Source of the DNA: Diadema antillarum
Taxonomy: Eukaryota
Length of the DNA: 64,000 bases
NCBI RefSeq assembly: GCF_040938485.1
Contig: NW_027270926.1
Span: forward strand, 1,860,001 to 1,924,000
Reading direction: 5' to 3'
Part shown: positions 1-24,900 of the stretch, piece by piece
How the letters are laid out: the number at the start of each line of letters is the position of its first letter
Position numbering within the stretch: the first letter of the stretch is position 1
Notes under the pieces: model-generated
Database searches by the model: none
Seen by the model: the letters and a program-made list of their open reading frames with translations, nothing else
Told to the model about the DNA's origin: nothing
Translations under genes and position numbers: made by a program

Positions 1-1295
1 TTCATTATCTCATCTAAAAATGTTAGAAACCTGAAATAAGGTCTCAACCAGAACTGTACGATCCCTTTAAATGGACATTGTGTTCCTTTGAACTGCATAT
101 TTGAGCTTCGATGAAAATACTCTCAAATATATCTCATTCCAGTGCAGGAGGTAGAATGTTTGGTGTGATGTTTGTTTGTTTTGTTGCTTGTAGGTCCAAG
201 TCTGTGTTGTAGTCTGTTGAGCATTTTGTGACACCATTGTTTGCAATATCTCAGGGATTTACTATGAAAAATATTTATTCACATGTACAAAAAATATACA
301 AAAAAAAAAGGAAAAGAAAAAAGTATATGATTTGCCAGATATTTGTGTTGAAAGATTATATGTATAGGTGAAGATGTTTTATTTTGTAGAATTTAATGGG
401 TGAACTTGAGATATCTGAAGGTTAACCAATGTGATCTGATCTGCATTTCTGGTTGCCAGTGACAACTCGGATTGCTCTATTTCATCATGTCGTGCCCCTG
501 TTCAATGGAATGACAACTCTGTGCACTTTTTGCTTAAAAACAAAGCTGGTAATGGTCTACTATTAGTTTTGCACCGATATGTCTGTAAAGAAATTCATTT
601 GTAGACGGCACCCTGTATGAATGCTTTCCAACATCTCTGTTAATTTGAAGCAATTTTGTTTTTAATGTATTTGATGATATCAAAGAACAATAATTTTACA
701 ACAACTCTGTCATTTTTGGGGTCAAGGGACCAGAAAATGTCACATTCCCACAGAGAAAGAATACACAAGGAAATAAAAGCGAATCCTGTGATCACTGTTC
801 ATGTAGTTTATGTATTACCAATGCATACTTTGTCTGTGTAATCTCACCATGGTCAAATACGGAAATTAAACTTTGACACGGTTGCACCGTCAGGTAAAAT
901 TAGCATATGAATGAACTGTTTTATCGCAGATATCTCCGAGCACAAAATCAAAATGTAGAGCAGAGAATCAGCTTTAAGTTTGCCAGTTGCTGAATGTCAC
1001 TTTGATATACTACATTATATATGTTTCAGGTGTATCTGTGGTACAATAGTAGTATGTGTTGTTTTGGATACTATAATGCTTTATGTTGGGAAGTAATTAC
1101 TACCATGAGCAATATATCTGTGAGATACACATGTTTGTGAGTTAAATGTAGATAATCCCCAGAACAACTTAATTTATATCGAATGTGTCAGAGCTGTATT
1201 TTGTGCATTTTGTATATTGGTTCACCAGAGAGAAATAAAACGAGTATGCATCAGATAATAGATTTCATGTGTCCTGGAAGCCTTCCGAATTATTC

Positions 1296-1803
1296 AAAGG
1301 ACAAGTCCACCGTCATCGACATGTGGATTGAGTGAATGCAGCAATATAAGTAGAACACATCAGTGAAAGTTTGACGGAAATTGGACAATCTTTTCAAAAG
1401 TTATGAATTTCTAAAGTTTCTGCGTAGTCACAGCTGGATGAGAAGACTACTACAGTGTATGATGTCACATGCGTAGAACAGTATAATGAAAATATAAAGA
1501 GAATTCCACAAAATTTCATATTTTGAAAAAAGTACACATTCCCTTGACTCATTACTGATGTATATAATGGGTAATATTATTCCCCCTGCCTTTAGAAAGA
1601 GGCAAGTCAAGAGCTATTTTACTATGTGAGAAGACATCACAAGCTGGTAGTCTTCTAATATCCATCAATGGCAGCACAGAAACTTTAAAAATTCATAACT
1701 TTTGAACGGACTACCCGATTTTGCACAAACTTTCACTGATGTGTTCTACTAATATTGCTGCATTCACTCAATCCACATGTATATGATGGTGGACTTGTCC
1801 TTT
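1296..1803. mobile_element. Diverged non-autonomous TIR element (MITE), Kolobok-like termini
   Basis: Left end aaaggacaagtccacc...catgtggattgagtgaatgcagcaata...aaagttatgaattt (from 1296) is the reverse complement of the right end ...gctgcattcactcaatccacatg...ggtggacttgtccttt (to 1803), giving over 100 bp of imperfect inverted arms. Flanking tetramers are degenerate (tcaa/ttac), so the superfamily is uncertain. Confidence 0.75.
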
Positions 1804-2497
1804 ACATTTGAATTAAACTAAACAGCAGTCTGCCTTAGGTAGCTTCAGGGGAACCTGATCTACATTATGTTGACTTTGTGTGTGAGTAATCAAATGCTTT
1901 CTAGTCAAGATTGACTCATGCATGTGTGTTCGATTTAAGTGAAAACCTTTATATCATATACTCTTCTCTCCATGAAACCAAGAGCTGCAAGTCTCTTGTC
2001 TTTTCTTTAGCATTTGCAGGTCAAGCATAACATGGTCTTGAATGTTTGCACAAGAAAAACATATCCACTTAACTGTGGTTTTGAGGCATGTCTGAATAAA
2101 ATCGGAAGAATGGCTACTCGAGGATCTGGAGATATACTCAAAAGTGCAGGTCCATGTGATATTCAAAACGAGTTGATACAGTAAAATCAAGACTTACGGC
2201 ATGGTAGAAGTTTCATAGAAATAGAACAAAAATTAAGACAGGTATATAATTTTGAAGTTTCACATGCCTGCACTGAATAGTGATATTGACCACAAAGATA
2301 TACCGGTATGGGTAGTGTGCAAATCAGAAGGGGTGATATGTCATCACTTCACAACTATCCCACTGGTTTATACAGTACACAAATATACAATCATGTTCAT
2401 TGGTCATTAAATTGAGCAATGAACCATTCCTTTACACCAAAAGTTATTTTAGGCATGTCAACATTAGACCTGAATATTCATGCACAATATTTCATAA

Positions 2498-2812
2498 AGG
2501 GATGGTATTGTTTTGGTTGAGATGGGGATCCAATTGTTTCTTTGTGAGAAAATTAGAAACCAATTATGAAATAATACAGAGCATACAATTCAAAGAGGAA
2601 TTCATACATGTAGTTTATTTGATGAAAATCTGTTTTGAAATGGCTTGGATATCTAAAACAAAGCAAAACAAATTGGTCCTGAGTATTAGGACTGAGTTTA
2701 ATGAAATAAACTTTGAACTCCTCTTAGAAGTGTATGCTCTTTAACATTACATAAGTAGTTTCTAAATTTCTCGCAAAAAGTTAAATCTGAATCCCCATCT
2801 CAACCAAAACTA
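2498..2812. mobile_element. Truncated Kolobok-like MITE, same family as 59779-60257
   Basis: Starts agggatggtattgttttggttgagatgggg and has the inverted ccccatctcaaccaaaac at 2793-2810. The internal stretch gtttatttgatgaaaatc.gttttgaaatggct..gatatc.aaaacaaag is shared with the copy near 59.9 kb. Confidence 0.65.
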
Positions 2813-4506
2813 TGAAAATTAGTGAACATTTGCCTGTGGGTCAAAATCACATTAGAGAGACGTAGCTAATTGGCAAATGTGATTAAATCACACCCCATTT
2901 TGTTCAAATTGTGACCCTTAAAATTACATTCTTTAAGTCTTGGATGAAACTTCGACAATTCTATTCAATTTTACTCTCATCAAATGTGAATAATTGAGCT
3001 TTTAAAACACTTGTCATGCAGACAAAACATTGAGACAATATTACATAGGGAAATCAGAATGCTGTGGGCAATTTCTCTCCTTTCACTGATACACCTTTTA
3101 ATTACTACTGAACATTTTTAATACAAGTGTACATTGCATGTCACATCAAAAGAGAGTCGCAAATGTCTGCCTTGTAAACAATACCCTATACAAACTTAAA
3201 GGTACATTTATTTCATTGATTGTTGAAAATCAGATGAGTTTGTGAGCATAATACGTCTGTCAAAATGAAAGATAAGTTATGGCTAAATTCTTGAGGTACG
3301 AATCCCCTTCCAAGACAATATAAATCAAATTGGAAAAGAACTTTGATAGTATCAGTCGGGGGGGGGGGGGGGGGGGGCATAAATCTAGAGTAGAAAATTC
3401 TGTTTGAGAATAAAAAAAAACAGTAATGAGTTTATTTCAATATATTCATTCAACAAGTCTCAACAATTTGGCTGTTCAAAACTCTGACAATCATTCCCCA
3501 AACCACTGATGATGTGGGCACATGAAAATAACATTTTAGTACAAGGCATTCCTGTTCCTGTGTGGTTGGTTTTTCCTTCTGGTTGGGGTGTGGGTGGGGG
3601 ATCCTTTCTTCTTCTTTTTTTTTTAAACAATGACAAACAACACAGTCTAGATCTATGTTAAGTTCTAGAAATTTTCTGTTTATGTCCACAACACTGGCTC
3701 CATAAAAGTGTGGCTTCCCAATGTACCTGCCAATACGATTTTTAAAAGGAAAAAAAAAAAAAAACCTATACTTTTGCTATATGTGAAAATGGGGAGGTAA
3801 TTTTGTTTAATTGCTATGTAAATATAGTACATGTATCTATCATTTATCCTGCTCAAAAGACAGCCTTTCTCAGACAAACGTGCATACAAGAATATCTACA
3901 ACATACCAGACCACAGAGAGCCTTTTCATACCACTGAGCTTCAAAGTGTGACCTTGTTGAGCACTAAAGCCCATCAGCGTGCAACAATAACACACAGTTA
4001 TTTGAGCATAGAAGTTGATGCATCATCTGCATATTTGCTCACTGTAACAACCTCTGTACCCAGTCTCTCCCACACAAATTAGAAAACACTTCGTCTCTGC
4101 CAATGTCCACATCCTGAAGTTATTCAGAGCATCTGTGTTTTATCTTCATATGGCTGCAAACAGTGATTCACCAACATTGGAAAGATTACACAGAGCAATC
4201 AAGGAGATCCTACAATTCTTGTGGGTACACTGTTATGTATCTCAGTTGATACAAATAATAATTCCCAAAGCAGAAAGGCTTTCACTTTCTCTTGTCTGGA
4301 CATGAAACATAGCTCACACTTTTAGGGAGTGTCTGCCAAAATCAGGGAAACTTGGCAGTCTGTCTTCATTTTGGGCACTAAACATTGAAAAACTCAACCA
4401 GAACAGTTCTCCTTTATCATAGAAGCATTTGAATTTGAGGGGGCATGAGTCAAAGTGGTATGAATGGCTCAATTTGCTATGGCTGGGGTCAAACATGTAA
4501 CTGGTA

Positions 4507-18569
<14,063 letters not shown>

Positions 18570-18947
18570 TTCGGCTAAGTTTCTGGATTTCTGCTATTTG
18601 CAACGCTGCGTGAAGGCCTAGCGATAGCGCAAACTTGATGCAAGTTTCTCACTCCCGGCGGCGGCACTGCACAGTATCAGGGTATATAAAAGCAGTAGCT
18701 AGACATGCATCACATAAACGTGCGTGATCTAGCAAAACGATCGCACTGTTACGCTGGCTCTCTCGATAAAATGTTTTTTGAAGAACTAATATTTTACATT
18801 ATTTGTCAATTGACAGCAAATTATCAAAGAAAAATATAAAATATATATTTTATTAGTAATTATGGAATGGATAATTTACTATTAGATTTATGATAGTATT
18901 TCATTAAAAATAAACTTACATCTATTAGTCTTCTTGGCAGAAGAAAC
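18570..18947. promoter_or_regulatory. Bidirectional promoter shared by PSMA1 and MRPS35
   Basis: 378 bp between divergent ATGs, locally CpG-rich. TATATAAAA at 18683-18691, ARE-like GTGATCTAGCA at 18724-18734, palindrome TGTCAATTGACA at 18804-18815. Confidence 0.8.
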
Positions 18948-21900
18948 ATGGCGACGTCCTGTCTTTTTATTCGAAATGTTCGTATTTCGTCCTCTACATC
19001 GTGGATCGTATCTTCAAGATACCAGTCAAGTACAGTAAATAAGTCAAAAGAACATTATGGTTCGTTAGTTTCAACATCTTTGCCTGATGTCGACTCGGAA
19101 ATTGAAAGTAAGTGAATGTAATATATGCACATGCTGCTTATGTGTAGTCCCATGTATTTGTTTCCTTGTCCGGCTTATGATTTATGTTTGTAGATATCCC
19201 ATTCGGATACTTAACATTTCAGCTCTTTTGCAATATTTGTTCAACTCAAATAATGCTCTACAAAATCATATCTATGCTACCGTCTGTTAGGCAATTGTGC
19301 ATTTTACAGCCCTATATTATCGGTGCAAGATTTTACCCTAATCGAGCAGTGCGTGCGAATTCGAGTTCCTATCACTCAGGCACTGCGGTTCGAGGATGCA
19401 TGCAGTGTGTGTGAATGTGTCAACGTGCGTGTGCGTGATGAAAGTCCCGATGAAAGCTCTTACGGTATGCCACATGGTTGCTTCAACGCCCTTCCCTGCC
19501 TGTGCGGCGCGGCATCATCGAGCGCGAGTTGTGCATTGATTGGCACACAACTGGAAGGCAACGAGTGGTTAACTTCCATGCTTCAATCATGATTTTAAAT
19601 GAATGAATTTTGTGTGATATATTGAGCAGGGTATCACTAATTAAACCTATTGCGGAGGGCATATGTCCGCTGCGGCCTTGGCGGAATTATTCTGTAAAGT
19701 AAAAACACAAAATCTTATCTCGATTCGTCAGTCTGTTAGTGTTTATTTCGTCTACACAGTCTGCCAGACGCCGTGCGAAGTGTGTATAGCTACCGATTTA
19801 CGGGCAGCCACTACATGGACACACACACACACACACACAAGCGGCAGCCTCGCCGGCGTGGATGGTTTGGGCGATCAGCTAGCAGGCGGGCTTTTAGTGA
19901 CCTTATCACTTGTCAAACGGCGTTCCATATACAGCAAGAGAAGCTCGCCAGCTGCTCAGTGCGGAATGGTTTATGGGATATCACCTTAGCACACGGCGAA
20001 TGAGGTACTAATAATATAGGGCCGTAAAGTGCACAATTGCCGTCTGTTAAATATATCAACCTACTTTCTCCCAATGTTGATCTTGTTAAATACATTGGAG
20101 AGTAAAAGCCCCAATTTTCGGACACTTAAGCTTTTTTGCAATATTTATTCAACTCAAATAATACTCCACAAAATTATATCTATAATAATGTGTGTTAAAT
20201 ATATCAACCTAATTTTTCCCAATATTTATTTTGTCAATCAGATCATAAAATTTCACAAAATCCCCAAATATTATGACCTTGTCAATTCCCCAAAATTCGG
20301 ACAGCGTCTCCAAAATTCGGACACGTGCGCAATGTCAATACGCATACAAGGCCGCTGAAAAATCCGCGCGCGCCATACCTTGCGTTGGCTCAAGGTTGCA
20401 TTGGGGATGTTGCGGCGCCCGTTCGTGTCTGAATTTTGGATACTCTGCACTTGCATTCAGCCCCTGTACATTTATTCACTGCATTGGCACGTACGGAGAT
20501 TTTGTTTTTCTTTTGTGTTTTTGAGGATACCATCACACTCTGAGCTTGCGATAAACGAAAAATCTTGTGACAGAACGACGTAATTTTTCAATTTTCAGCG
20601 CTTTTTCGGCAACCCTGATTCTTTACACGGGACCTAATTCGCGCGCGCTTTGGAAAAGTTGCGGCGATTCCGCGTTTTTAACGGCAAAATTTGGGATTTT
20701 AGATGGATTTTTGGAGGTGACTCAGGCACTTTCCTGTCGTGAACGAGTGTGTTAGTATGTGAAACGATGTTATATGCTTGTGTTGTGACAGTCCACTTTG
20801 CTGCCTTGTGATAAGTGGTAAGTGTCCGGATATTGGAGGCCGGCTGAAAATTGGGGTTCTTACTCTACATCATAAAATTTCACAGAATCCCGAAATATTA
20901 TCACCTTTTAATATAAATTCCCAAAAATTCGGACAGTCTCCAAAATTCGGACACGCGCGCAATGTCAATATGCATACAAGGCCACTGAAAAATGAGCGCA
21001 CGCCATACCTTGTTGGCACAAGGTTGCATCGGGGACGTTGCGGCGCCCATCAGCATTTGTGTCCGAATTCTGGTGACTGCACTTGCATTCGGCCCCTGGC
21101 CTGGGCCCTGTACATCTAGTCACTGCATCGGCACGTACAGAGATTTTTGTTTTCTTTTGTGTTTTTGAGGATACCATCACAGTCTAAGCTTACGATTTAA
21201 AAAAGCAAAAAAATCTCGCAACAGAACCGCGTAATTTTTCAAGTTTTAGCGCTTTTTCAGCGATCCCGATTCTTTACACAGGACCTAATTCTCACGCGCT
21301 CTGGAAAAGTTGTGGCGATTCTGCATTTTTGATGGCAAAATTTTGGATTTTAGATGGATTTTTGGAGGTGATTCAGGCACTGTCCTGTGGTGAACGAGTG
21401 TGCCAGTATGTGAAACGATGTGATATGTGTGTGTTGTGACAGTAGAATTTGATGGCTTGTGATAAGTGATAAGTGTCTGGATTTTGGAGGCCGGCCGAAA
21501 ATTGGGGCTTTTACTCTAGATCCTATTAAAAAGCTAATCTAAGAGTAGGACATTTGTGTACAGTATCTCTTTTAGTCCTAGGGTCCTTTTTTTTAAGGGC
21601 AGTGTAGACAACAACACCAGTGTGGTGTCTTGACTTTACCATCCACGATCCAGTTGTCCAGCCACATGCATGTACGTAAGTTTACCGTTGTGGCCACGGC
21701 CCGAGGGAGTCGCTGGATACAGCCACACGAGTCATACATACTAGTACTAGTAGGTCCTACTAAATAATACTAGCTAGATTAGATCCCCTACATGCGCACT
21801 ACATGCAATGCGGTGTTATTGCTCTGTTCTGTTAGGTGCTCTGTGCTATCTCAACCAGTATTACCTGTACAGTCCCTGTAGCAACACAAAAAAATATTGC

Positions 21901-24900
21901 AATGCTCTAGTGAGGATAATTGATTAATAGTAATACTAGTTGCCTGCAAAAGTCTAGTGCACGTGCATTTACAACAGCTTTCGTGTCAATTCGCAAAAAC
22001 AACATCTCGCGAAAGTGTGTGTGAGCTCCTCATTTGCGAAAATATCTGTACGCAAATATGACATCTTATACAATATATTATTATGTGATTGATTACCTCT
22101 AAATTTCTTTTCCTTCTTTACATTTATCCTTCTTTTTCAGAGGTTTCGCCTCACTCCGTGAGGGGCAAAGCAATGAGGGCAATGGAGCAAAGACTGAAGC
22201 GATTTTCACCAGTAAGTGATAATAAGACCAGCTGTGCAGAGAAGTTTTCATCATTACAAATCTTTTTCTTTTTTTTTTTTAGATAGACAATGTACGTATG
22301 AAAGGGAAAAAAATGTCAGGATGTAAACACTTTGACTTCAACACTCTTTATTTTATTACGATGGTCAATATTGAAATTACATTTACTTTTATAAGCAGTT
22401 GAGTGTTTGATTACTTCTTGAACAAGGTTCATGACGTTTGATGTTGTAGCAACTAAGTAAAAATGTTGAGAAAGAAATAGTGATAAAGTTTTTAAAACTG
22501 AGTGGAAGTATCTATAGGATAAGCAAAGAGAGCTCACAAATAATAGATTACTTTGAACATCCTTCTTTAATTCATAGTTCATGAAAGGACGTGTTGATTT
22601 TACATTGGTCATTCTGCATCTTTGTAGCACTGTCCCCATGTTCGTTAATAGGCATAGTATCTGTTCTTTGCAGTTGCCGGCGCCAAGAGAGTCTAAGATG
22701 GAGGAGGACCAGGACTGGACTGCAGTCTACCCAACAGCAGCGAGCTTCAAATGGTCTGCTGTTCCTCTGCCCATTAGGATGGGTTACCCAGTAGGCAGGG
22801 GCATTCCACCACACAAGTTTGGCAACTTGGAACTCATTAAGGTAGACTAACTACCTCAAACCTGCCATCGATCCCCAGTACTTGGGCTTTCCATTATACA
22901 CATATTTGCAAATGTATTGTTCATAGAAACTTTTGTCTAAATATGAGTCAACTACTAAGCACGGAATCAAGATAATTCTGAAGTATAAGATATTGACTTT
23001 GTAGAGTCTGCTCTCTACTATCTTACCTCTTGTTGTTGTTTTTTTTAATCTTATCTTACCTTTGTTGATTAAGACCAAAATAAGTGAAATAATAATAAAG
23101 GTGCTATCCATATGATATGTTAAATGTCATTGGCAAATGCAGAAATATTTTCCTCTGTTCTCTCCATACAGATTCCAAACTTTCTGCATCTCACACCACC
23201 TGCCATCAAGAAGCACTGTGCTGCCCTGAAAGGTAACAGAGCTAACAGCCAATACTGTATCATGTTATTTCAATTATTTTATGAGAAATCGAAATGCATT
23301 CCATCACAGTGTTACGGGTAAGCATTGAAAACAGAATGAAGTAAAAACACAAAACACAACAAAACACAAACAAACATTAATTCAGACATAAAGACACATT
23401 TCATGCAAAATCTCCCTGTATCATTACAAAGCCTTTTGGCAGTATAATGCGGTGTGAAAAGTTTGCCAGTGATTTTCCATATGCAGAGCATCAACATAGA
23501 AATCATCACTATTATGTTTCTTGTGTGTGTGTATCTTTGAACATCAAATGACTTAAATGGTTCAGTTTGAGTTCACTGCGTTTCAATGTGTAATAATATT
23601 GGTTAAATATTTGCATAAATGTGCATACAACAGCCTATTGACGGCTTTTTTGAGCTTGAAATAGCAGAAAAGAAATGTTGGCAGTACAAGTGAAAGGGAA
23701 AAAAAAAGAGAATACTACTTGAGCATTGGTTACTATTATTCTTCTTGGGATCAGGGCATCCCTTTCCCTAGATGAATTACATACCTACAATTTTGGAGGC
23801 TAAGAAACTCCATCCACTTGAGTTTGGATGAATAAACCGAGCATAAAAGCATACACCACCATAAAACTTTCTTGTCAGCAGAAGATCTTAATATACCATA
23901 ATGCCATCATGTCACTTCCAGTTGTATAGATAAAACTAACAACAGCAATTGAAACCCCCACTAATTCCATTCTTCAACCAATTTGTTGTGTATTACCTCA
24001 GATTTATGTACTGAGTGGCCAACAGGCCTTGAGACTGATGCAGACTGTGAGAGGCACTTCCCTTTGGAGACTGAGTCATCAGACTATGTATTTGCAAGCC
24101 CCTCCCTTAGACATCCAAAGTCAAGAGAGGTCACCATTAGGGTAGGTCAAAGGTTAATACTGTGTCATAGATTGCATGTATTAATGTTGGTTCTTATGAT
24201 TTTGTTTTCTTTTATTATTATATTTCAAGAAAAAATATCACTTAACGATGAGATCCGTATAAAAAAAGACTGAATTCTGAGATTGTTAGAGAGACATGTA
24301 AATATATGTGATGCTACTGTAGTGATGGTTATTATAGGAAGTCTCCATTATTGTGAGCTCCAGGTTGAAGAAATGAAGTCGTTTATTTTTGTTTGTTTTT
24401 TGTTTGTTTGTTTGTTTGTTTTTTTTGCATCTGGTATAATGAATGGTAATATGATCTTCAACACAATTTGTTGTAATGAGTCCCTCAAATGTATCACTTT
24501 CAATGTAGTCACTTGTAGTAAACTCTTCTAGGCTAGGAAACTGGTACTGTGCTTTGGAACTGCATGATGAATGAAATTATCACTTATTGCGTGAAGATCA
24601 GTTATATTTGAATATTTATTTATTGCCTTTCTCCTCTGAGATGGCTGCTGATACGGTAGATCCATTACACTGAATGATAAATGTGAATCCTGTTACTAAA
24701 AAGATATATCTGTCTAAATTGTTTTTGTGTTGTGTTTTGTTTTGTTTTTGGTTTAACAGCTGAAACTCAGTGAGCTGTCTTTTGACAAGCACGCCAGGTG
24801 GAAATTCATCCAGCTCATAGGGGACAGGTACAACAAGGAGACTGACATGGTTACCATCTCGGCAGACAGGTGTGTAATTACAGTAGCATAGAATACATAC

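Noticed and set aside
131-240. Possible micro-exon (ttccag|tgcaggag|gt) and terminal exon (tag|gtccaagtc...) of an upstream gene
   Set aside because: The donor is weak, the implied intron is only about 44 bp and the peptide is not recognisable.
24563-24640. C/D-box snoRNA candidate in MRPS35 intron 5 (ATGATGA...CTGA)
   Set aside because: There is no terminal stem and no recognisable antisense element; such boxes arise by chance.
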